Positions 36,469 to 48,094 are shown, counted from the first letter of the stretch. The stretch: DNA of 64,000 bases from Antedon mediterranea (GCF_964355755.1 NC_092670.1:32352388-32416387), one strand, 5' to 3'. Notes: generated by a model not told the origin, from the sequence alone. Numbers and translations: made by a program.

Positions 36469-39125
36469 TAGTGGGGAACCTAATGTTCCAAAAATCAGTT
36501 CCGTGAGATTTTAATGCTCAAGTTGAGTTCTTGGCAGTTTTGGAATCCTTGGGACCAGCATAATTCATTGCAACTGGGGGCCAATTTTTCCCGACCCTAT
36601 TTTGGCCGCCATCTTGGATTTCAAAATGGCCCCCATTTTTTACTCAAAACTTCTATTTTAAACCACGTACGAACGTAATTTGTGTGATAAATCTTACAAT
36701 AGTATGATAAATCAGTCCAATGGTACAATTTATAATAATAGCATATGGCAGCCATATTGAATTCCAAGATGGCCGCCATTAAAAACGTATATAATATATG
36801 CATTTTATAGTCAGGGTCCTCGTGTATTTCCGTAGGATTTTAATGCCCAAAGTGAGATTTCACTTCTTTAATATGGTGGTAGGATACCAAAAATGCTAGG
36901 TAACCAATTTTCACGATCCCGTAACCATGGTAACAGCCCCAAGATCAAAATGGCGCCCAATTGGCCCTATCTCCGTATCCCTTTGGTCTATGAACAAGAT
37001 ATTGGTATCAAAATACTCGGAGCGTATATATTTATATTCATTGTAATGGAACATTTTGACGAAATGTAATAGGAAATGGTATTTTTCTGCACTATTGACC
37101 TTTGACCTTGACTTGCATTGTATCTAAAAAACGGCTGGTCATTGAAATTTAAAAATGGTCTCAAATTGCTGAGACCATACATATTTATATTTATTGTAAT
37201 GCAACATTTTGTTAGAAAATGACCGGAAGTAAAGTTATTGACCTTTGACCTAATAAACATGAACTTGATGTATACAATAATCGGCAATTATTTGTGGTAG
37301 GTATTAAACAATGGATTTATACATATTATTATCATTTGAATAGCTAATTTCTAATTCACATAATGAACCAGCTTGGCTTGATGTAGATGACTAAGTAACA
37401 GAGAATAAAAGAAGTGTAATTAATTTGAATGTAAAGAAAAAAAATCTGTATTTAAATAGTTCTCTTTTCCCGGACCAGGCTCTAGAAGAACAGAAGGAAC
37501 ATAGTTGAAATGGGTTGGTGGTCTTGTTGGCGGCATTACTCAAAATGAGGAAATCGAACTGGATTTCCCATCGAACTCACTCTTTAACACAAAACACACA
37601 AATCCTTCAAGATTTTATCAAAATACATTCATAACAAAATCAACACTTTTTTTAAACATTGTCTTAGTAATAATTTCAAATGAAGTCAAGAAATATATCT
37701 TTAACAGAGATGATAAAAAAAGAGTTAAAGCTTTTTGAAGTTTGTGAGCAAAGTCTGGTTGTGGACTCTTTGAAAAAAAATAAAACTAAACACATTTAGT
37801 AGCTTGAAGGGAACATAAAATGCTGTAAACATCCAAAACCTCTTGGTCACTTCTAACAATCTCACTCTATCTAATCTAAAATGATTCCTTGGCTTGGCGA
37901 TATAACTACAAAATGGCAGTCAATGTTAGCATTGGAAGATTACTTCTTATATCGAAACATCAAAGAAGCAACCCCAAGGAACGTCTAATCAAGCAACTGA
38001 ACGCAGCAATCAAATTATCATCTACGACCACGTAATAATGTATAGCAGTTCAATGTATGAGAAACCTATATATATGAAATTGTTTCAAGAAAAACAAGGT
38101 ACAAAGTTTAAGAATCAACCACTCTCACTCCTTTGACTGTCTTAATGGAAAGAATGGGACGAGGATGCTGACACAATAAATGCATGGTATTGATTAATAT
38201 TTATAAAATATATAAAAACAAAATTAGAAATTAGATATTCAAATGATAATAATATGTATAAACCCATTGTTTAATACCTGCCACAAATAATTACCGATCC
38301 ATTCTGAAATAGATAAATGCTTATTGTTTACATCAAGTTCATGTTTATAAGGTCAATAACTTTACTTCCGGTCATTTTCTAACAAAATGTTGCATTACAA
38401 TAAATATGAATATGTATGGTCTCAGCAATTTGAGACCATTTTTAAATTTCAATGACCAGTCGTTTTTTAGATACAATGCAAGTCAAGGTCAAAGGTCAAT
38501 AGTGCAGAAAAATAGCATTTCCTATTACATTTCGTCAAAATGTTCTATTACAATGAATATAAATATATACGCTCCGAGTATTTTGATACCAATATCTTGT
38601 TGATAGACCAAAGGGATACGGAGATAGGGCCAATTGGGAGCCATTTTGATCTTGGGGCTGTTACCATGGTAACGGGATCGTGAAAATTGGTTACCTAGCA
38701 TTTTTGGTATCCTACCACCATATTAAAGAAGTGAAATCTCACTTTGGGCATTAAAATCCTACGGAAATACATGAGGACCCTGACTATAAAATGCATACAT
38801 TATATACGTTTTTAATGGCGGCTATCTTGGATTTCAATATGGCTGCCATATGCTATGATTATAAATTTTACCATTGGACTGATTTATCATAATATTGTAA
38901 GATTTATCACACAAATTACGTTCGTACGTGGTTTAAAATAGGAGCTACTATCAGTTTTGAGTAAAAAATGGGGGCCATTTTGAAATCCAAGATGGCGGCC
39001 AAAATAGGGTCAGGAAAAATTGGCCCCCAGTTGCAATGAATTCTGCTGGTCCCAAGGATTCCAAAACTGCCAAGAACTCAACTTGAGCATTAAAATCTCA
39101 CGGAATTACATTAGGTTCCCCACTA
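36469..39125. mobile_element. Non-autonomous Academ-like DNA transposon with ~890-bp TIRs and a transposase remnant
   Basis: Termini TAGTGGGGAACCTAATG...CATTAGGTTCCCCACTA. ATT at 36466-36468 and 39126-39128. Arms ~36469-37360 and ~38220-39125. The core carries a broken DQALE...GGLVGGITQNE motif at ~37470-37550. Confidence 0.85.
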
Positions 39126-40994
39126 ATTCTATGTAGGCCTAATTATTGAAAAAGGGAAAAAAATATATAATACTAACGTCTCAATGGATGAAAATGATAC
39201 ATAAAATGAAAACGTACCATACAATAATTAATTTTCCTTTATTGATGCATCGTTATGCTAATTAACAAATGCATTTTTTATTTTAAATACCTACCGTACC
39301 TACCCTATTTTACGCCAACCTAACAACGTAAGGCCTATTTAATGTACGTACAGTCTACTAGGCAGAAATGCAGTCATTTTAAAAAGAAAAATAATTGTTA
39401 ATGTTTAAAATAATAAATGATAATCTTAATAGCCACAAAGAAAATTTAACACTGAACTACATTCAAAATTAAATAAATTGTGCGTAAATGTGTGTAGATA
39501 ACTGTTTTAAACAGTTATCGTATTGTTTAAATGTTCACTGTTTATAATGTTATAACAAGACAAATAAAAAACTTGTTAATGTGTCGTTATTGACTTGAGG
39601 CTCATGCTATTTTAGTCCTACATGATTATATTCATGTGAAACAAGAGATAATATAAAACATCCCCCACCTCAAAGTTGACGAGTCCCACCCGTTCTTTCC
39701 ATCCTATTTATTTGTTGCCACAATTGGTTAGGTCATGTGCTTAGGTTGTCAAATTATGTTATATTAATTATATGTAATAAACCCATTTCTCAAAGTAGTT
39801 GAGTCCCAGCCGTTTCCTTCTCTACCTATCGTCTCCCAACGATCACGCCGTTAATGAAAAATAGCAAATGCTATAATATATGGTAACATTTTCATTTTTT
39901 TTTTTTTTATATTTTTGAAAATCGCATACTGTACATATTGTTAGTATATTGCGGTATTATTGTATCATAATATTGTTTTGACAGCTACCGTATGTATTTA
40001 AAACGTATTTGAAATGAAATAAATACGAAGTTTATAAATAGCGGAAAGATCAAAGAATATACTTTCAACATGCTAAGGTAAGTTGATTCAATTGCGCAAA
40101 AGTCAATGATCCGCGGCTACGATGTAAAACTCTATGATCAGCGGTTTACGCGCAATCAGAAATCTTTATTAATTAGTGAATAGTAATTTCAGATCGAAGG
40201 GCATTTTCTCTTATCCGACAAATCGCTGTAGTAATTAGGTAAAACATTCCGATAGATCTGCATGCTAACCGACGCTGTTTGTCGTGTATGTGTTTAAATC
40301 CAGAACGGCAATTGTTGAAAGGGAGCTGTTTTAATTAAACGGTAGAAACTGCATTGGAAATTAATGCTACGGCTTTTGGTTGGTCCGACGAGTTACTGTA
40401 ACATTATACCGGGTATCTTAGAAGTATAACTTCTTAATTTCTCATGTCTTCCTGAAGGTTGGTAAATCCAGAGATTGTAACGTCAGTATGGCGAGCTCTG
40501 TCATCACACGAACAAAATATGTAAACTTTTTAAACACATAAACCTCTTAATTAAAGCGGACACTTTGAACGTGGTATTAGCCGAGATTAACGCAAACACG
40601 CGAATGTAACATTCTCTTTTCGCGAGGAGGTCGGTGTTTTCCGCCGTGGTTTATTTGTTATTTACCACATTAACGGCTTACGCCAGGCCTAGTTTTGTTT
40701 TTTTTTTTAAGCAGGGACTGATCGCAAGAAGGACTGCCGTGTTTCTCAGGCCTAATTCCTTTTAACCATTATAATCCCACTCAACATACTTAAATGGCTT
40801 GACCTAGATTGACCTATCTGAATTATGACTGTTGTTTACTATATTATTAGCACGGTATTATTGCAAACGTTACAGCGGTAACGTTCATAACTATCTACCA
40901 TACTGTATTTAACATAAGATTGATATGATCCATATAAAATACAGATTATCTTGACTGAGAGCGAAATGATTATATCGGACTAGCTAATTAAATT

Positions 40995-41510
40995 TGGCAT
41001 GGGTTCGGGTCTGCACCATACTAGGCTAATTGTATCCGTCCTTTGGATGAGACGTAAAGCCATTGGTCCCGTGTAGGCCTACATATAGTACACACGCTAA
41101 AGAACTTGGTACACAATTCGAAAAGAGGTAGGCGCGCTTCACTGCTGGCTGCAATGGAGGGCCTAATCAGAATTTCCTCAGTTTCCAGTTAAGCTTGAGG
41201 ACAAGTGTCTACCTTTACATATTTCTTTTTATAGATAACGACTTAAAACTGGAGGTTCAGTATACACATCTGGCTCGTGTGTACTAGAACCCAGTACATC
41301 TTTCGAAAGAGTAGGGGGTAACCCCGGTTTACTGGTCCATTCAGCCCCTGTCGGACAGACAAACAAGCACCGTTTGGTGGCAACGTTCGACAAGAAGGGA
41401 CCCCTAGGTGAGTAGAGAAAGTTGTGATAGTATATGTCCTCCACACCTGTGTGCAATTCAGCCCAGCGACTGCAAGTCGCCAGTTATTCCTCCATTTACA
41501 TTTACATTTA
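40995..41510 (+). mobile_element. Two adjacent Deu/Nin-domain SINE fragments
   Basis: ccgtcctttggatgagacgtaaagcc...taaagaac...ttcgaaaagag at 41036-41130; a second copy at 41230-41335 (ctttcgaaagagtagggggtaaccccgg); (ACATTT)n tail near 41495. Confidence 0.6.
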
Positions 41511-42715
41511 TGCCTAAACAAAACCCGTCAAACTGTTTTAATAAATTATTTGAAAAAATAATTGTTCGAGGAAATGAAACAAACATTTATTACATTACGT
41601 GTGTATGATGGTCAGAAGTTTCGTTTTGACAAATACTTGTGAGTATGACCTAATCAGGGAAACTGCAAGTAGTTCAAAGTTTTCGTTATGAAACTTAATT
41701 TCCGCGTTCGATCGTGCACGCGTTTAGTTTATGACAATATGTTTTGCTTTTAATTGCGTAGGCCTACACTAAATATTACATTTCCTTGTTGCGATCGATA
41801 TTTTTACATGACTAATGATATTACTGGCTGTGTATTTAAACTGTAGGCTACATTTGCAAATGATCATAAAGATATCGAAACATAAACAGCGTGAACATGC
41901 ACTTTTTATGCCAGTTAGTGAAAGCATATTAAAGATTACTTGAACCTGAACTTTAGGCCAGTGTCAGTCGAATCTTACGTTCTTTAAACTATTTCGTGTT
42001 GCCATGTACTAGATACCAGAATGTGGGTACACTTTAACAATATAACAACGCAATTCTATCTAGTTTTTAATCCATTGCTTTAATCAAACAATTCTGCATA
42101 ATCGCTTCAGAGTTCAGATTTGTACATTAGAGAGTTTCAAGATTTCCTACAACATTGACATGAGCATTGTGTTGCAATTTAAAGCGAAATTACACAAATT
42201 CGTTGTTCCTGTGTCTTTAGCCATTGAATCTGTATCAGTCAACTATCAGCAAACTCATCCGTACCGATAAAAAACTGAACCTTATGCATGGCCGACGGCG
42301 TGCCGAAGAAAATAGACGCACTATTGACACTCAAAATAGAAAACGTCTAAATACGTCTGTACAATCCACAGTAAACTAGACGCTCGGTATATTCTTCGGA
42401 TAGAAACAATCGAGACGCACCCATACGATCAACCGTGGCGGTAGAAATCAGTAGTCTAAAAGCAAGTGTGTGGATAGAAATATTTAAATAGCACACACGG
42501 TTTGGTGTCAGTGACCTTGCCGAATCATTTCTTCAGCAACACGTAAATACGTCGACGTACATTGTCGTAGAAATAACGGTACGGTGACTTTTTTTGACGA
42601 TTGAATGAAAATTGCATTCGTAGCCTCGACTGAATTTTACTGTTTTTCAGACTTCATATTACAAAAAGTGATGTAACCCTTTCCAACGACCGACAGAAGA
42701 CAACATACACGTAAG

Positions 42716-44122
42716 ATGACGTTCCTTTTTCACTCTTACTGTGTAGTAGTCAGCTTTCTGGTTGCCAGGCGTGCCTCTGCAGTCAAGAAACCTATTAAAT
42801 TTGACTCTCATTATACGTGCCAAACACATACCGGTTCTTTGACAATCTTACCTTCAACTATAAAAGAAAACTTGTTAATAACTTCAGAAACGTTTGGAAT
42901 AAATTACAACAATGATAGTAGATTCAGCAAATACTTTGAGCATTCCTTCCAAGTAAACTGCCAAATCGTGATAACTGTTGATACGCACAATGCCATTTAT
43001 GCATGTCAAGACGCTGGTAATAGATACTATATAATTCCTTCAGATTGGGTTCGCCAAGATTTTCCACCATACAACGATGAATTGATTGTTACTTGTGATG
43101 ATTTCGTGACAGATATCATCGAGGGAGAGGTCGTAACGCTCCCATGTACGGTACAACCACTATTCGAACCTCAGGAAATAATGATTGGATGGCTTCAAGG
43201 AAGCGACAATATCACAACGAAATTCGATGGTTTGAATCAGAACGATACAGTACAATTGAACCAGACGTTTCAAGGCTTCCATTCTGGAGAAGGTATATTC
43301 TTTGTCTGTGTGTCACTCAGATCTAAAAATAACTCTGCAGTGGAAACGCATTGCTATAGTTCGACATTACAGGTGCGTCCTCAATTAACAGTGGACATCA
43401 ACACTTACGTATTATTTCTAGATCAACGGTGCTTTAGATGCAGAGCTAACGGTGGCTCCAGTACTGAGATGGATTACTACTGGACATTAAAAGGTGCTGA
43501 ATTAAATAGAAACAAGAATGAACGCATGTCTGAAAGATGCGTGAACAACTTACCAACTGGTGATTACAACATCAAGTGTCTGGTGAGTACCGATGCTCAG
43601 AACGCTTCTGATGAGTTAGATTTCATTGTTGAAGATACCATAACACTTAATGAACAGGATAGTAGCAACTGGAAGTTGAATGGCAAGTTGATATTCATCC
43701 TGGTAGGGACTATATCGATATTGTTATTTATTGTTGGTATACTTGCAATTACAATATACGTCATGAGAAAACAGCTTAGGCACACTGGTGGCTACCATCA
43801 CAATAACACCCAAACACACGTTGCTGTGAATAGCCAAACCAGTGAACATCCAGACGTCAACATGCAAGTTGAACTTCGACACCATGTTATTTACGATGAA
43901 GCTGCAGCTGACGAACATTTGATCACTCCTGTGGAAGCAGCAAGGCGCATGGTATACAGGACGGATGATGGGGAATACATTAACCTTGCATCAAGTTTTA
44001 ATCTCACTCACAAACCAGAACTTTCGAGCAGCCAACATTCACAAGATATCATTTCTCTGCAAACGTCAGAATTTAGTAATGTATTTGAAGCAGATGATGA
44101 AGCGGAATACATCAATTATTAA
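42716..44122 (+). CDS. Intronless type-I membrane receptor with Ig-like ectodomain and short tyrosine-motif tail (paralog A, 468 aa)
   Basis: Signal peptide ending ...RRASA. Ig-type C-W-C spacing (VVTLPC...IGWLQG...FFVC; FRCRA...YYWT...YNIKC). TM LIFILVGTISILLFIVGILAITIYVM followed by RK. Tail with EYINL and terminal EYINY. Confidence 0.85.
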   Translation: MTFLFHSYCVVVSFLVARRASAVKKPIKFDSHYTCQTHTGSLTILPSTIKENLLITSETFGINYNNDSRFSKYFEHSFQVNCQIVITVDTHNAIYACQDAGNRYYIIPSDWVRQDFPPYNDELIVTCDDFVTDIIEGEVVTLPCTVQPLFEPQEIMIGWLQGSDNITTKFDGLNQNDTVQLNQTFQGFHSGEGIFFVCVSLRSKNNSAVETHCYSSTLQVRPQLTVDINTYVLFLDQRCFRCRANGGSSTEMDYYWTLKGAELNRNKNERMSERCVNNLPTGDYNIKCLVSTDAQNASDELDFIVEDTITLNEQDSSNWKLNGKLIFILVGTISILLFIVGILAITIYVMRKQLRHTGGYHHNNTQTHVAVNSQTSEHPDVNMQVELRHHVIYDEAAADEHLITPVEAARRMVYRTDDGEYINLASSFNLTHKPELSSSQHSQDIISLQTSEFSNVFEADDEAEYINY

Positions 44123-45676
44123 TGCAGTAGAAAGGAATGATTAGGTAGGCTACAATGACGTCACTAAAAATATAAATAGCTGTAAGAAGAACTCTTACTA
44201 TCCTTAATATAGGTAAATCTGAATATAATTTATTTAAATTCGTATAATTAAAAACTTAAATAATGATCTCGCCTTACTAAACTATACCAAAGCCGAGAAG
44301 GTAGACCATAGCTTATTAAAGCCTAATAATAGTAGGCCTACTGGCACAAGGCCAACAATCTAGATTTCCGCATAAACTTGGTCTACGTCGACGTTATGTT
44401 GTTTTCTTTACCATTCTCAAAATATAATCTACCGTATAGTACACTTTCAAAAATGTAACTTTACTTGCCTTTATAATTATAAATACAGCAGAAATTGTTA
44501 GCTTTACAACATGAACATAAGGAACAGCGCATTTCCACTTGGTATAAACATAGGAACATTAGGACCGCAACTTACTCGATTACTGTTCGACATTTCCGTC
44601 TAATCGTGTGGTTTAAATCTCATCCCATAGGCCTACACTGTTTTTAAAATGCAAATACAGCGCAATAATAATATTTGTTTAGAAAGCGCGCCATAAAAAT
44701 ATCGAGTACTACTTTTCTGATTTTTCTCATGAAACAGTACCGTAGCCGGTTGTGTGTAGAAAATAAGTTACTAGGGACCCTTCGATTTTCAAAACTAGGC
44801 CTACGTCATGCGATAATATCGCGACGTATGTCCTCGCTCCCACCTCGACACATGTTTGATAGTTTTTAGGTCCAGGCGACGAACGAAACATCGATTGATC
44901 TCATCTCCGGCTGTCGCAAACCGAAAGCTTCTTACTGTCTGTTGACAACACGTCATGCTAGGTCTACGATACCGTCAAACTATTATGATAAATTGTACAT
45001 AAATAAATTGTTTAAGAACGAAACCAACTTTATTATATTGTGTAATATGGGAACTATGTGTCAGCCCAAATGTCTAGTTTAGCAAAAGTTCCATGTAGTA
45101 TACGCGGGTAACAAAGGTTACTCAAGTTTTGCATCGTCCACTCGGGAAACTCTAGGACGGTCAAAAGTCTAGTAATAAAAAAAAACATTGTTTTTGTTTT
45201 AAATGAATTACCGATACTTTTTGTATTTCCTTGTTGCGATCAATATTTGTACATGCAAATCTAAATCACTGCATAGATACATTTATTATGATTGTAAATC
45301 TTAAAACACAAACAGCTACAACATGATGTATGTTATCCGAAAGTCGTTATAGATCATTCCTTACGATATTTTCGTACCGACAGAAAACAGTGAACTACTG
45401 TGCAGATAGATGCAAAATCGACTGTGTCGATAGACATTTAAAATTACACGGACGGTTCATCTCGGTGTCGAAGGACTTCGAGGTACAGCATTGCAGAAAT
45501 AACGGCACAGTAATTTTCGTCGAAATATCAACGGAGTCTTCTAATATTAAGAATCCCGCTTTAATAAACTTGCATTGGAAAATGATGTACATGATACTGC
45601 AACGGAAGACGTAAACAATATAACATATCGACAGACAAGTTTCGTCACGATTTTTTTTTAAACCTGTGAACTTAAG

Positions 45677-48094
45677 ATGACTTTGTTTCTTATTATTCGC
45701 TGTTACTTTGCAGTAATCAGCTTTCTGGTTGCCAGGCGTGCCTCTGCAGTCATGAACCCTATTAAGTTTGACTCGCATTATACGTGCCAAACACATACCG
45801 GTTCTTTGACAATCTTACCTTCAACTATAAAAGAAAACTTGTTATTAACTTCAGAAACGTTTGGAATAAATTACAACAATGATAGTAGATTCAGCAAATA
45901 CTTTGAGCATTCCTTCCAAGTCAACTGCCAAATCGTGATAACTGTTGATACGCACAATGCCATTTATGCATGTCAAGACGCTGGTAATAGATACTATATA
46001 ATTCCTTCAGGTTGGGTTCGCCAAGATTTTCCACCATACAACGATGCATTGATTGTTACTTGTGATGATTTCGTGACAGATATCATCGAGGGAGAGGTCG
46101 TAACGCTCCCATGTACGGTACAACCACTATTCGAACTTCAGGAAATAATGATTGGATGGCTTCAAGGAAGCGACAATATCACAACGAAATTCGATGGTTT
46201 GAATCAGAACGATACAGTGCAATTGAACCAGACGTTTCAAGGCTTCCATTCTGGAGAAGGTATATTCTTTGTCTGTGTGTCACTCAGATCTAAAAATAAC
46301 TCTGCAGTGGAAACGTATTGCTATAGTTCGACATTACAGGTGCGTCCTCAATTAACAGTGGACATCAACACTTATGTATTATTTCTAGATCAACGGTGCT
46401 TTAGATGCAGAGCTAACGGTGGCTCCAGTACTGGGATGGATTACTACTGGACATTAAAAGGTGCTGAATTAAATAGAAACAAGAATGAACGCATGTCTGA
46501 AAGATGTGTGAACAACTTACCAACTGGTGATTACAACATCAAGTGTCTGGTGAGTACCGATGCTCAGAACGCCTCTGATGAGTTAGATTTCATTGTTGAA
46601 GATACCATAACACTTAATGAACAGGATAGTAGCAACTGGAAGTTGAATGGCAAGTTGATATTCATCCTGGTAGGGACTATATCGATATTGATGTTTATTG
46701 TTGGTTTACTGACATTTCTACTATACGTCATGAGAAAACAAGTTAAACACACTGTTGACTACCACCCCAATGACAACCATACACATGTTTCTGTGAATAA
46801 CCAAACCAGGGATTCAGACACCAACGTGCAATTCGAACATCATAATATTGATGAAACTGAGGCAGCTGTAGTGGATGGTCACCAGCAAACAATCAACCAT
46901 TCAACATTACAGAATTACAGCAGTCGACAGTTATATGGTGCTGATACCGCACAGATGGTCATCAATGAAACATATGATTGCAATGTTGCAGAAGAACCCT
47001 TCAACACCTTTCTGGAAACACCAAACAACAAGACAGATGACAGACAATACGTTAATATTGTAGCAAGCCTCAGTCTTGCTAAAGAACCTCCGAGAAGCCA
47101 CCAGAAACAAGAAGGGTTCATTCCTCTGCAAACGCCAAAGCCCAGCGATGTATGCGAAGAAGATAAATACGTTAATCTTCTATCACGTCGTTTCAATCTC
47201 GCTGAACTTCCGAGAAGCCACCAGAAACAAGAAGTGGTCATTCCTTTGCAAACGCCAAAGCCCGGTGATGTATGCGAAGCAGATAATAAAGATGAATACG
47301 TTAATGTTCTATCACGTTGTTACAATCTCGCTGAACTTCCGAGAAGCCACCAGAAACAAGAAGTGGTCATTCCTTCGCAAACGCCAAAGCCCGGTAATGT
47401 ATGCGAAGCAGATAATAAAGATGAATACGTTAATGTTCTATCACGTTGTTACAATCTCGCTGAACTTCCGAGAAGCCACCAGAAACAAGAAGTGGTCATT
47501 CCTTTGCAAACGCCAAAGCCCGGTGATGTATGCGAAGCAGATAATAAAGATGAATACGTTAATGTTCTATCACGTCGTTACAATCTCGCTGAACTTCCGA
47601 GAAGCCAGCAGAAACAAGAAGTGGTCATTCCTATGCAAACGCCAAAGCCCGGTGATCTATGCGAAGCAGATAATAAAGATGAATACGTTAATGTTCTATC
47701 ACGTCGTTACAATCTCGCTGAACTTATGAGAAGCCACCAGAAACAAGAAGTGGTCATTCCTTCGCAAACGCCAAAGCCCGGTGATCTATGCGAAGAAGAT
47801 GATGAAGATGAATACGTTGATGTTTTATCACGTCGTTTCAGTCTCGCTGAACTTCTGAGAAGCCGCCAGAAAGAAGAAGTGGTCATTCCTTCACAGATGC
47901 CAAAGCCCAGTGACGTAGGCCTATGCGAGAAAGATGATGAAGATGAATATGTTGATCTTCTACCACGTCGTTCCAATCTCGCTCAACTTCCGAGAAGTCA
48001 CCAAAAACAAGAAGCCGTCCTTCCTCTACAAACGTCAGAATCCATAGATATTTGTGAAGCAGTTGAATACGTTAACCTTCCATTTACAAATTGA
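45677..48094 (+). CDS. Intronless type-I membrane receptor with Ig-like ectodomain and long repetitive YVN-motif tail (paralog B, 805 aa)
   Basis: Ectodomain differs from paralog A at 8 residues by eye. TM LIFILVGTISILMFIVGLLTFLLYVM. Tail has 8 modules of ~43 aa and 9 YV[N/D][VLI] motifs. Confidence 0.88.
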   Translation: MTLFLIIRCYFAVISFLVARRASAVMNPIKFDSHYTCQTHTGSLTILPSTIKENLLLTSETFGINYNNDSRFSKYFEHSFQVNCQIVITVDTHNAIYACQDAGNRYYIIPSGWVRQDFPPYNDALIVTCDDFVTDIIEGEVVTLPCTVQPLFELQEIMIGWLQGSDNITTKFDGLNQNDTVQLNQTFQGFHSGEGIFFVCVSLRSKNNSAVETYCYSSTLQVRPQLTVDINTYVLFLDQRCFRCRANGGSSTGMDYYWTLKGAELNRNKNERMSERCVNNLPTGDYNIKCLVSTDAQNASDELDFIVEDTITLNEQDSSNWKLNGKLIFILVGTISILMFIVGLLTFLLYVMRKQVKHTVDYHPNDNHTHVSVNNQTRDSDTNVQFEHHNIDETEAAVVDGHQQTINHSTLQNYSSRQLYGADTAQMVINETYDCNVAEEPFNTFLETPNNKTDDRQYVNIVASLSLAKEPPRSHQKQEGFIPLQTPKPSDVCEEDKYVNLLSRRFNLAELPRSHQKQEVVIPLQTPKPGDVCEADNKDEYVNVLSRCYNLAELPRSHQKQEVVIPSQTPKPGNVCEADNKDEYVNVLSRCYNLAELPRSHQKQEVVIPLQTPKPGDVCEADNKDEYVNVLSRRYNLAELPRSQQKQEVVIPMQTPKPGDLCEADNKDEYVNVLSRRYNLAELMRSHQKQEVVIPSQTPKPGDLCEEDDEDEYVDVLSRRFSLAELLRSRQKEEVVIPSQMPKPSDVGLCEKDDEDEYVDLLPRRSNLAQLPRSHQKQEAVLPLQTSESIDICEAVEYVNLPFTN
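47048..48080 (+). repeat. Coding tandem repeat, 129-bp (43-aa) unit, 8 copies
   Basis: gatgaatacgttaatgttctatc recurs at 47291, 47420, 47549 and 47678. All length variants between units are multiples of 3. Confidence 0.95.

Noticed and set aside
43880-43960. ITIMs in the paralog A tail (VIYDEA, MVYRTD)
   Set aside because: Neither has L/V at +3, so a classical inhibitory-versus-activating pairing is not supported.
47076-47729. 217-aa alternative-frame ORF (and antisense ORFs) over the receptor B tail
   Set aside because: By-product of the 129-bp in-frame repeat; no independent start context or domain.
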